A stretch of DNA of 64,000 bases, from contig NW_024704743.1 of NCBI RefSeq assembly GCF_018977255.1, positions 52,764,001-52,828,000 on the forward strand, written 5' to 3'. Positions 13,232 through 24,877 of this stretch are shown here, in pieces; position 1 is the stretch's first letter; each line of letters starts with the position of its first letter. Under the pieces are notes generated by a model. It had not been told where the DNA came from. It saw only the letters and a list, made by a program, of their open reading frames with translations, and ran no database searches. Both the position numbers and the translations under genes were made by a program. This DNA is from Callorhinchus milii. Its lineage: Eukaryota.

Positions 13232-13680
13232 GGGTAGGGTGGTCCTAGCAGAACAAGCAGCGGGAAAGCTTGTCGTTCAGCGCTATCAATGGCAAGCTAT
13301 GCAGTTTTAGCTGGTTAGACTCCAGCAGTTCCCCAACACACACTCTGGGGTCCTCAAGCCTTGGCTCTTTCCAACCTGTACCTAATATTTTCCAGAATTA
13401 GGTAAGCTGGATGCGTCCACACAAGAATAGAGTGCGCATTCCATTCCAACAATTTATCTCTGAGATTTTGCCCACAAAATATACAGTCAATTCACTTTAC
13501 AGTATATTCTAAGAAACTCTTTGAGACGTCTTGAAGACGTGATGAGGCACTATATCAAATTCAAGGATTATTTATTATCTATGTAGAAGTGGGATGCGTT
13601 GAAATCTCAGCTTGGTTTGGATGCTTTTAAGCAAAATGATGTTTTTCCCCATGTATTAGACATCCGCCTGACCAAAAACA
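13232..13680. repeat. Unclassified dispersed repeat, copy A, interrupted by a SINE tail at about 13465-13578
   Basis: Its reverse complement aligns by eye with 16432-16750 (ttttggtcag..., ggaatggaatgc.cactct, gcttg.ggacccca, ctgctggagt.taa). Confidence 0.8.
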
Positions 13681-14599
13681 CAGCAAAGACCAAATATAAA
13701 CAGATCACATGTTTCCAAGTATAATATTCACAAGAACAATGTACCCCTCGGAAAATGTCCTTTGATCCGGTTCACTCTGGTGTGTCATGTAGTGTTGTAG
13801 CTTTGCCAGTTCTCTGCTGCAACAAGACCAATGATCAAACGAGGCACGGAAACTATGTGTTCTGCCACCTACTTCTGTAACATTCATTTATAAAATATTT
13901 TGTATTCCCTTCACTTCAGCTCAGTTTCCTTATAAATCCTGGTTCTGTTCAAGCTCCCTTTCTCGCTCAGTTTTCTTCTGATTAAACTCCCTTGTTGGCC
14001 TTGTTCCTATCAAATGGCATTCTTGGACACACTTCCTTTCCAGTCTGGTATTCTCTCATCTTCTGATCTTAATGTGATTTTGTTTTCCAGAACCATATAT
14101 CCTCCCTGTCACTGGTTCTGCTTGATTTCCATGTGCTGCCCAATTCCTAGCTATTCTTTCTGTTGACTGTTCTCCCCTTCTAGCTTCTATTCCTGGCCTG
14201 TGATGGTTAACTCCCAATCCCTTGATACACTTTGTTTGCCTCCATGAATTACATACCTCGGGTCCCTAATCATTTTTTCTTCACTCATCAAATTCATTAT
14301 AAAAGCATTTAATGCCAAACTAATATCAGCCAATGTACTGCACTATAAAATAATGGATACAGACCTTATAATCCTTGCACTTGATATAGCGATTTATCGC
14401 AATATCGAGACATCTCAAAGTGATCCACAGAATTTACTGCAGAGCAAAAGTATCACTCAGTGAAGCAGTAAATTACTCATATAATGTTGTCCATTCAGTT
14501 ACCTCTCCCTGGCTTGGCGTCGTGCTCCGCAACTGTCAAGCATTCTGGGATGCTACCCTGCGTGAGGGGAACAATATATATACAAGTTGTTGTTAACTT

Positions 14600-14675
14600 A
14601 CTTTAGGCCACTGAGGCCAATATTGACCCTTCCACTACTAGCCCAAGCTGAAATCAGCACCTCAGCACAAAGATA
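14600..14675 (-). mobile_element. AmnSINE2-like fragment
   Basis: Reverse complement tgtgctgaggtgctgatttcagc...attggcctcagtg. Confidence 0.5.
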
Positions 14676-16431
14676 TGTTCCGAGAATATTTCTGCACTGT
14701 GTGGCATCATAGCACACCAAGATGCATTTACTCATTGAGTTACCAGAGAAGTTATAAAAATGTGGATGATGGTCATTTTCTTTGACATTCCAAATTAGTG
14801 TTGCATATCCTAGGATTTCACAGGGTATTATGATGCAGTGTAAGTCATTACAGGAACCACAACACTGCACATAAAACGTGTATTTTTAGAAATGTACTCA
14901 TAAAATTCAGCATATTGGCAATCAAAACAGTGGGAAAACTGAATCAATAATAAAAGATCACAGAGACTGCCAATTTGGCGCATTCCTATTGGAAATACAA
15001 TCCAAACTAACCTTATTGGGGCCATATTAATACTGACAGGATTTTCAGATGAAGGAAATTAAACGGATAGCTTCTTTATTTTGAAAAGTATGTATCGTCT
15101 TTTTTCTTAAATACCTTATATTTGTAATGTTTTTGCCCTATGCCAAATGAAAGATTACCAGCGGAAGCTAGCGGTTTCCCTTGCATGCTCCCAACCTATT
15201 TCTAAAAGGGTGCTGAATCATGTTTGTTGTTTTGCAGTATTCTCCAGTAGCCCTGCTGACAAAGCATGTGAAAAATGTGGTGTTTCGAAACGCTTTGTCA
15301 GCTTGCTCATACTGTGCACTCATCATCCTGCTGACTCTTTGCCTTGTGCTTTCTAAACAATTAAGGACATTGACCCTATAGATCACAGTACACTCAGAAT
15401 CATGCTCAGCCTCTCCTCTCTAGATAGGCAACAGGTTGCATTAGTGCACACAGTACTCCACAAATATCTCAAGTTTTAAGCCTTTCCCTCTCCTTAAGAA
15501 CTGATACTCCAACCAAATACCAATTTGCTGATTCAACAAATTTTCAGCCAGGTTCAGAATCGTCACAAGTCAAATCTTCTATTCAGGGCTAATCGAAACA
15601 GAACAAATGAGCAACTATTACCATTGCTCTTTTGAGAATCAAAATCACAGAGCGGAAGTTTATTAAATTACAAAAATATTATTGAAGAACTGATTTAAAG
15701 TCACACCCCTTAAAAGAGAACTAAATAAATATGTTAGAAAAAAAAGGAAATAAATTAAAAGGATGTCTTAAAAGGGACTTATTAGAGTCTGAGGGGATTA
15801 CCAAGGGTGGAGACAATGAATGCATATTTGGTATAGAGTTGAGGGGATGAAGGCAGGAGGTGCAAGAAATATGACAGTATTTCACCCTAGAAAAACAAAG
15901 CCTTTTTATGTTACCTATAATCTACAGAATTGCTTTCAAAAGTGGTTTGTAATATTGCATGAAGGTCCTAGTTGTGGTAGAAAATTTCCAAGTTACGTTG
16001 CAGTTTGAACAAAATGTTTTATGGTGAGATTATCATCTTTATTTGTGGCTTCTCCAGTGGGTAAGGAAGGGAAATATAAGCCACAAGTCAAATAACAGCT
16101 CCACTCGCCCGTATGGGCGCACAAAGACATTCAGTCTTCCACCAGCCACAGAAGGTGTTTAGCATGTAATATTACTGTTGGTATCACTATCTCTAGAAGC
16201 ACTGGCAAAAAACAAAAAAAGAAATACAAAACTAAACTACTGTAACCCCAGAGGAACCACTATCAAATACAGTATAAGCACATTTTAACAATTCAGCAGT
16301 GTAGGTTGGTGCCAGTAATGGGGACCTCAGTCCTTTTTAAACAGTGGGACAAAAGGCTACAGAACAGGTGCAGAGAAGATACCTCTTAGCAATGTTATTG
16401 GTAATGTCACTATCCTCAAAACGTATTGTAC

Positions 16432-16750
16432 TTTTTTTGGTCAGCGGGTATCTGACACATGCAGAAACCAATCACCATGTGTAATAATATCCAAGCCAGA
16501 CAGAGAGTTTACATATGCATGCCACCTACACGTGATAATTTTCTTGTTTCTGGAATGGAATGCACACTCTGTCCCTGCTTACCGAGTTCCAGAAAGCATT
16601 AGGCATAGGTTACCGAAAGCCAATGCTTGGGGACCCCAGGGTGCGTACTGCTGGAGTTTAAACAAGTAAAACCCCGTCGCTTTCTATTTAGAGCACTGTC
16701 CAGCAAGCTTTGCTTCTTGTCCAGCTGGGCTCAGCCTATTGCTAGGGCTT
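16432..16750. repeat. Unclassified dispersed repeat, copy B, inverted relative to copy A
   Basis: See copy A. A third, more diverged copy lies at about 36541-36715. Confidence 0.8.
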
Positions 16751-17447
16751 TGGCTTGCTGGGTTAATAGGAGCAAGGCGTGAAGAATCCTTTAGGCTTCC
16801 CCTCCAAATCCTATCAATGAGTGAGTCTGGTGTCAGCCTAGATTTTCAACAGTGCTGTTTCATTTTTATTTTTTATTTGATTTCAGATGATTAATTTAAC
16901 CAAAAAGGATTTTTGTTAAATTAAAATTGAAAAGTTCTGTTGATGGAGTTATGACTTTCGTAGCTGCAGGGAAAAAGGAGTTGATCGGAAACTGAGCACA
17001 ATCAGCACCAACTAACGTATGTAAAAGATCAGGTTTAAGCCTAATGTTTATTCCCACAATACTGGCAGAAAGTTTATAACTGAGTTACAGTAAGGTTGAG
17101 TGTAGTCCATTCAAACCTGTACATTTTTAATCCCAAAGTATTCGAAAAGAGAAGTGAGATTACCCTGTGTCCTAGCCAACACTCCCTAAATAAATTTGGT
17201 CACTCATTCCTTGGCTGTTTGTGTGATATTGCTGTATGCATATTGTCCACCTGAACAGACAGACTGGATTTTGGTTTAACATCTCATCCAAATAACTGTA
17301 CCTCCGCCATTACAGCATGCCCCCTGTACTACACTGGACTATAAAGCCTAGTCTAGTACAGGAGACTGCACTCGACTAGACTATAAACAGGTTATAAGTT
17401 TCATATTCCTCATTGTGAATTGTTGTAACCTGGTTACGTTTTAGATT

Positions 17448-18715
17448 CAACAACAATAAAGTGACATTTGTATAGCGCCTTTCCCTGTTGGGAGGATGTC
17501 CCAAGACATTGGACAGACAGAGTTCCGGACCTGAGCTGGAGGTTGGGGTCGGGGAGGGTGGAGGGCAGGGTGGAAGCAGGGAGATCGAAAGCATGTTTGA
17601 AGAGGAGAGTCTTGAGATGGGTCTTGAAAGTGCCAAGAGAGGGGGAAAGGCAGAGGGACTGCGAGATGGAGTTCCAGAGGGTGGGAGCAGAGTGGCAGAA
17701 GGCCTGCCTGCCAATAGTGGGGCGAGCAAGGCAGGGGATGTGAAGCAGGCCGGAGCCACTGAGCGGAAGGAACGAGCAGGATGGTTGGGGGTTAGGATAT
17801 CGCAGAGGTAGGGGGGAGCAAGACGGTGGAGAGTTTTGAAGGTGAGGAACAGGATCTTGAACTGTATCCACTGTGTGATGGGAAGCCAGTGGAGTCTGGC
17901 AAGAATGGGGGTGATAGGGTCACGGAGACTGGTGCGGGAGAGGACACAGGCTGCAGTGTTCTGGATGATCTGCAGCCTGTGGAGGGAGGAGTTGGGGAGG
18001 CCGACAAGCAGTGAGTTTGCATAGTCAAGTCTCGATGTAATGAAGGCGTATATGAGGGTTTCGGCAGCCTGTGGTGTGAGGCAGTGGCAGAGCTGGGTGA
18101 CGTTGTGGAGGTGGGGGAAGTCAGAGCGAATCATGGCGCAGATGTAGGGTAGAAAGGATAGTTGAGGGTCAAACAAGACCCCAAAGTTCTGGACTGGCTT
18201 AGTAAGGTGAAGTGTGTAACCATGGATGGTGATGCCTGAGGTTAGGAGGCACTAACGGGAGCCAATCAGGAAAGCCTCGGTCTTGTTGACGTTCATCTGA
18301 AGAAAGTTAGCTCTCATCCAGGACTTGATGTCCGACAGTCATTCAGTCAGGACAGCAGTGGTCCTGGAGTCGAGGGTGGAGGCAGAGAAATAGAGTTGTG
18401 TGTCATCCGCATACATGTGAAAGTCGACCCCATGTCTGCGGATGATGTCACTGAGCGGGAGCATATAGATATTGAAGAGGAGGGGACCAAGGTCAGAGCC
18501 CTGAGGAACACCGCATCAGACCTAGAGGAGAAGCCCCCACACCGTCTCGTGGAGATGTGGAGTTTGTGGAGATGAAGTGCAGGCGGTGTGAGAGGTACAA
18601 TCTGAGCCAGTCAAGGACAAAGCTGTGAAGGTTGAGGTGAGAGGAGAGGAGGTGGATAAGGATAGAGTGGTCGACGGTGTCGAAAGCAGCAGAGAGGTCA
18701 AGGAGGCAGAGGGAG
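17448..18715 (-). mobile_element. L2 LINE, 5'-truncated, relatively well preserved
   Basis: ORF 17376..18176 has AETLIYAFITSRLDYANSLL and ITPILARLHWLP. Upstream are MYADD and GVPQGS-like segments; (ttg)n tail. Confidence 0.92.
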
Positions 18716-18769
18716 CGCTATCAACTCCTGTTAGATTCACCGTATAACAGAGGAGTTGATATTTAAGAA

Positions 18770-19510
18770 CAGAACAAGTTAAGCTATGTAAGAAAGCATG
18801 AGAAAAACAAGCCATTCAACTCAACAAGCAAGTTCCTTCTAAAGCTTACCGATAATTTGACTGTCATTAATGGCACTCTGCCTATTGAATCGCCTGAGGA
18901 AATGTTCTGTGAAAGTCTCTCCCAGCCTCTCCCTCTAACTGTAACTTACGCAGAACTTCTAAAAACCTATTTATCATATCACTAATAGCTCATACATTCT
19001 CAACACTTGCTTTATCAATACTACTTTATCTGCAGATTTATTCTCTGAAGCTGCAACTCAATAAGCAAGATTATTTTTCAAATCTCCAAACTTCTTTGAA
19101 GCTTGTCAATCTTATACTCATGCCCTGCAGATTTGCGCTCAAAATCAAAGTAAAATAACCTAAATGCTTTCATTCCACAGTATCTCTTCCTCTTACTAGA
19201 CTCCTTTCAATTGTCTTTCATGTAAACACGTTCAGATCACTCCACATAACTCAAAGTCCTAATACCAGGATTTATCCTTGCCGTACTTCTCTGAATGCTA
19301 TCCCAACACATGCTGCTTTTTTCGAAGGACTGGTTGCCCAAATTTGCTTGCAGTTTACATTTGTCGTCTCACCAGTAATCCACACAAGATAGTAGAATAA
19401 CTTGTTTTGACTTACAGCTGTATGTCCTTGAGTTACATCCCAGTACATAATTAGTTGTTGATGAACAGCTACCCAATGACTGAATACATTCTATGAAACA
19501 GTGAATAATC
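18770..19510 (-). mobile_element. Highly degraded CR1-like remnant
   Basis: Weak similarity to antisense CR1 3' UTR/ORF2 (gccattcaactcaacaagc...). The divergence is high. Confidence 0.4.
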
Positions 19511-19899
19511 ATTGACAAATCCAAATTATTTTAACCTTTCCAAAAGAATACTCCTTTTCATGACACATATTTCAGAAATTTGCTGCACACAACCTTAGAG
19601 ATGTAGGAATGTACAAGACAGGAAAGGACCATTTGCATTTCATCTAACTGGTCCTAAATTAAGAAAAAAATAATACTACCCACTCATTTTCTTCGATTTC
19701 TTAACCAAATGCTATTGAATTCCATCCTGAATTTGCCTTCATTGCCTTTCTGGTCAGTCTATTGCACACAATTGATCTTTGCAAAATAGTTCATTCAAAG
19801 CTGTTCGTTTATCTTCCTCTATCTGAGCTGATGTACTGACTGTATCAACCTGGATGGTACGGATGCTCACTCCACTTCATGGAGGCGGTGCAGAACTTG

Positions 19900-20441
19900 T
19901 CTTGTTTGACCCATACATCGGAGCTTTCACTCGCTCAGCTTTCCTCCTCTCTGCAACCTTACTCGCCTCCACTGTTACCTCCCCCTCTGTCGCCCATGTC
20001 CTCTCCTGCACCAGGCTTTACAAGCCTATCTCCCCCATCCTCATTCAGCTCCACTGGCTCCCAACCCCAAGCAAATGATTCAAAATTCTTAACTCTTATG
20101 CAAGTCTTTCCATGGTCTCATCCCATCTTACTTCTGTGACTTCCTACAACTCTATCATCCCGGCTGCTCCTTCCGCTGAGGGAAGACTGGCCAACTTCAT
20201 AATCCCCATCCAATCCGCCCCAACATCGTTGGGCAAGCATTCAGTCCTTCTGCCCCCGCTCTCTGGAACTCCATCCTGGTGTCTGTTCTCTCTCCACCTT
20301 TGAAGCCCACTTGAAGACCTATGGTTTTGACCACACTTTGTCAAATTCCCACCCTCGTGTTCCCAGTCAGCTGTTTAAAGCTCTCTGAGACATCTTCCAA
20401 ATGTGAAAGGTTCTACATAAATGTAAATTGCTGTTGTTGTT
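19900..20441 (+). mobile_element. Older L2 LINE 3' fragment
   Basis: ISPILIQLHWLP motif; tail gagacatcttccaaatgtgaaagg...gttgttgttg. Confidence 0.8.
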
Positions 20442-20520
20442 GAGTCTGTAGCCCCTTGTATTTAAAAAATTGTGGACTACAGAGATTAAAATACAATATT
20501 CGTAATTTAGTTGCAATAAA

Positions 20521-20705
20521 TGCAACTTCCGGTTGGCGAATTTTGAATTGTGAAATTCACAGGCAGCAAATTGTGAATTCCAAAGTCCAGAAAAAGGAAC
20601 AAAGGGTATTTTTCTCACCAACCTTTTCCTGACGTTGTAGGCTTGGAATTCGTGATTTACCACTTGTGAACTTCACAATCCAATATTCGCAAGCTAGAAG
20701 TTTCA
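20521..20705. repeat. Imperfect inverted repeat (MITE-like), arms about 65 bp
   Basis: tgcaacttccggttggcgaattttgaattgtgaaattcaca...gaattccaa pairs with ttggaattc...tgtgaacttcacaatccaatattcgcaagctagaagtttca. Confidence 0.75.
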
Positions 20706-20769
20706 ACAAATGCATTTGTGCAAATATCACATTTGAATGCCCTGCACAGAATCTATTATTAAGGTTCAG

Positions 20770-21500
20770 TCTCTCTGTAGGTTTTAGAATCGGAACTCCC
20801 TGAGCTTTCTCTGCTTGAGTTTCTAAACCTTTCCTCTAAACCAGTTTTCAATGTACTTGTTGTTTTCTGTACTGTCTCCAATGCCAAAATATCCTTATTG
20901 TAATATGATGACCACAATTGCACACAGGACTGCAGGTGGGGTGGACCAAACTTTCCAGTTTAGAATCATTTATGTTTATCTATAGTAAAATTCATTTTCC
21001 TTCCTTAGTCCATCTACTTAATTGGTTCACATCTCATTTATTGTTAGCTATCTTTACTTAACAGTTGGCCATTTGGCTTGCATCATCATCAAATTGTATA
21101 ATTTTACATAAAATACCCACCTTCATATCTGTCATGACTATTGCACATAACAAAGGGTGTAAAACTATCTCTTCAGATCTCCACTGGTCAATATAACATG
21201 ACAGAGCATCTGTCTACCGTATATGTCATTGACTTCTGCTTCTTAAAATTCAGGCAGTTTTGAGTCTCGCTAGATAATTTGTTATAAAATATGTAAGCCT
21301 TTTTCACAAGTCTCACGCACATAATCTTATCAAATGACTTCTGAATATCCAAGTCACAAGATTGCAAGAGAGGTTTGGATTTAAGAAAAATATTTCACTT
21401 GATCTTATCCATCCAGAATTCTAACTCTACCAACTTCCCATTACAGCAGCAAACTTTTTTGTAATGAGTCTTGTGTGCTGGTTTCCAACAATCTTCCTGA
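20770..21500 (-). mobile_element. Degraded CR1-like ORF2 remnant
   Basis: Antisense remnants such as gcatcatcatcaaattgtata (YADD-like region) and cttatcaaatgacttctgaatatccaagt (LDxQKxFDK-like). Confidence 0.55.
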
Positions 21501-23154
21501 ACACTCTGTGTAAATAAATAGTTTCTACCCTAAGTTTGTTTTTCAGAACCTACACCTGCAAACCTTTTTGTCCTGTAGCTATGGCATATCTAAAAGCATT
21601 GCTCTGGGTTTGTTTTCTCTGTCCTATTAAGCATTTTATACACTTCTATGAGGTCAACTTATCTACTTTCAAAACAGAAGATACTCCACAGTATCTTATC
21701 TACTTGTGCATTAAACTCATCCCTCAAACAGTGGGGATCAGTCTTATGTATACTGTACATCAGTATTAAACTGTTCTCTCAGGCACTCATTTCAATGACA
21801 ATATTAAGTCTTGTGCATAATTGCACCCAAAAATACTGAATTTTTTCAATATTTCAGGACAAACAGGAGGTGGGCAGAGTAGGAAGTACTCAAGTGGAGA
21901 GTGGAGAAACACACTATTTTTGTCTTTTCCTGTATGGTTAAGTTTGTTTGCAGCAAAATCTTATTGCTCAGGTAAAATGTACCAGCGTGTGGTTCTCCCA
22001 TTCTGGCTTGTGTAGTGTTTTCTCAAGGAAAAAATTCTTCTGAATCTTGGATTTGTAGTTGCAGCAAATCTGCATCTGCCCAACATGGAAATGGGAGAAA
22101 AACCTTTTCAATACAATACAAAATTTTATTTGTATAGCTCCTTTCACCTCGGGGGAACATTTCAAAGCGCTGGATAGTCAGGAATTCGCTTTCTCAAGTT
22201 GGTGAGAGTGAAATACATTGATCCACATTTGATGAGGCGAGAGCTTTAAAAAATGCAACCTGATTGTTTTATCTAAAAACAATTTTAATTCTAAAACTCA
22301 TTCCAATACTATGATTATGAGACTTTAAAGTTTTTTCATCAGTACTGTTTTTAGAACCGTGTAATATGGGTCCAATATACACTCAATGATGTTTTGTCTT
22401 GGTAGGCACTATATCAAATGCAAGGATATTTATAACCTCATCAGTGGCTACTATTTTTAACAGTGGGAACCTTAAAGAATCTTATCAACATTATCTCAAA
22501 GATTAATTTGTCTTTAATAAAAACTGTACAGTAACAGGGTGTGGTATCAAATGGCCTGTGGATTCTTCAGAGAAATATGCACCGTTGGCTCATTGCTCTG
22601 GCACCATTGCTGGAATGCAGCATTTGATAGCACCTTTGTAGAGTGAGAAAAGATCTGAGCAAGGATAAACAATCTGATCCCAGTAAACAGGACACATTCT
22701 GCCCTCAACAGAGATGAGTTCTGCTCCTGATAAACCAGTTTGTGCCAAAGCCTTTCTTGGGAACTTGTGTTTAATGTACTTATTGTATAAAACATATTAA
22801 TTAGAGCGTTGATTAAAACATAACTAGGTGGAAACCTTCATTCAAAAAGTTGTAGATGTTACAGTTGTGTCTGTCTGTTTTAATACCAAACAGTCAGTAT
22901 CTATCTGTAAGAATGACAGATCACAGTACTAAGTTAACTGTAATGAAGTTAAGAAGTGTTATCGTGCAGGGCGATTCCTCATTTAACTAGAGATGTTCAT
23001 ATATGGTTTCTGATCATACTGTAATTGTTCATAACCAATTTCTATTCTTCCTTCTCTCATACCTCTCTACGTCCTCCATGACGTTCTAGGACAAACCAGG
23101 AGTTAGGGTTGGACAATTTTGGTTTTGTTTCATTCTTTGGGACACATCTGCCTC

Positions 23155-23870
23155 AGTAAAAGGGAAAGAGAGGGCAAAGTGGAGGGATTGAGGGAGAGAG
23201 TTCCAAAGTTTTGGGGCATAGTGGCTGAAAGCACAGCTGCTGCTGGAAGAGGGGATGGGAGGAGGGACAAGTAGGAGGTCACAGCTAGCTGAGCTGAGGC
23301 GGCACATGGTGGAGTGTGGATTAAGTAGGTCAGAGAGATAGGAAGGTGTCAGCGCGTAAAAGGATTTGTAGTCGAGTATGAAGATCTTGAAGTCAATCCG
23401 TTCTGTGATAGGGGCCAGTGGAGCCTGGCAAAGACTGGTATGATGGGGGTAAGGAGTTTAGAATGGGTGAGTATAAGGTCACAGAGTTCTGGCTTATTTA
23501 GATTGTGTGGATAGTGAAGCTGGGGAGACTCTCAATGAGGGCATTGGAATAGTCGAGGCGGGAGGTAATGGAAGCTTGGACGAGAGTTTCAGTTGCATGG
23601 GGTTTGAAATACAATCAGATGCGGGCAATGTGACCGAGGTAGAGGAATTTGGTCATGGTTAGGGACCGGATGTGGGATAGGAAGGACAGCTGTGGATCAA
23701 ACCTGATGCCTAGGTTATGGAGGTTGAGGAGGTCAGAGCTACAGGAGTGTAGCCATTGATTGGAGCAAAGAGCATGGCTTCTGTCTTATTGATGTTCAGC
23801 TGCAGGAAGTTTGCATTCATCCAGGTCTTGATGTCTAACAAACAAGCTGACAGCACATCAGCGGACCTTG
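23155..23870 (-). mobile_element. L2 LINE fragment
   Basis: LSACLLDIKTWMNANFLQLNINKTEA and AFSHYAPKLWNSLP segments. Confidence 0.85.
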
Positions 23871-23879
23871 AGTGAGTGA

Positions 23880-24040
23880 CCATTTGTATTTGTGTAATTG
23901 TTGGCCAAAGCACCGGGAGAAACTCCTTCTGTTTTCAAATATTGCTATGGATTTTTAACATTCACCTGAACAGGATCTCTATTTAAGGTCTCAGCTGAAG
24001 GACGGCACCTCCGACAATTCAACACTCCCCCAGCAGTTTT
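23880..24040 (-). mobile_element. Deu-domain SINE fragment
   Basis: Reverse complement tgtcggaggtgccgtccttcagctgagacc...caggtgaatgttaaaaatccatagc. Confidence 0.7.
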
Positions 24041-24841
24041 CCTCCTCCAGCTGCGACTCCAAGTCCACTGATGTTCTGTTAGCTTGTTTGTTGGACAAAC
24101 TAATGCCAGCTGATTTACTGGAGTTAACAATTCTAACTCCAATCCCCTTCTCTTTCTGTGTGCCCTTTAATGTTCTTCCTTTTCAAATGTTTATCGAAAA
24201 CCTTTCAGAATTTTGAAGACCATTATTAGATCTCTCTTAACCTGCTTTGTTCCACCGAAAACAGACCCAATTTTTCCTACGTTTTCTCTGTTCCTATACG
24301 TCATTTATTCCTTATATTTTCCACCAGGCAAAATCCTAACTCTGTGGAGTATAAGTACTCCAACTGTAGCTTGCAGATGTTTTGAGTCCTGCATTATGAC
24401 TTCCTGACATAAACGTTAACACTTTTTAAGTATAGGATAATTTAACTTAGGATAACATTGGAATAATTTGTAACTCTCCAGGCAGAGTAACTTTTCTTTT
24501 ACTTTGAGAAATAGATTTACGTTAACCTTTAGAAATGAAGCATTGAGGAAACTCCTTGCTTTCAGTTTGTGCTGGTTCTGTGACAGCTTTTAAATTAATT
24601 GACTGACTGCCTGTCCACATTGGGGGAACTTTTAATGTAATATGTGTTTTGGAGCAGAAGAGTTGGAAAGTTAGGGCCCCTTGTATAGGGTTGGATGAAC
24701 TCATAGTCTAGTCTGATATTCCAAAGGATTACTGGGGGTGTGCTTCATTGATTGAAGCAACGTCCTTTTGGATGAGAAGTTAAACTGAGGTCACAAGTAG
24801 AAAAAAATTCCGCGGGCACAATTCAAATAACAACAACAACT

Positions 24842-24845
<4 letters not shown>

Positions 24846-24873
<28 letters not shown>
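24846..24873. repeat. (TA)n microsatellite
   Basis: Directly visible. Confidence 0.95.

Positions 24874-24877
<4 letters not shown>

Noticed and set aside
17376..18176. 266-aa ORF and similar ORFs (10067, 10225, 33852, 59785, 50086) as functional genes
   Set aside because: They are frameshifted, 5'-truncated L2 ORF2 fragments with no intact endonuclease plus RT.
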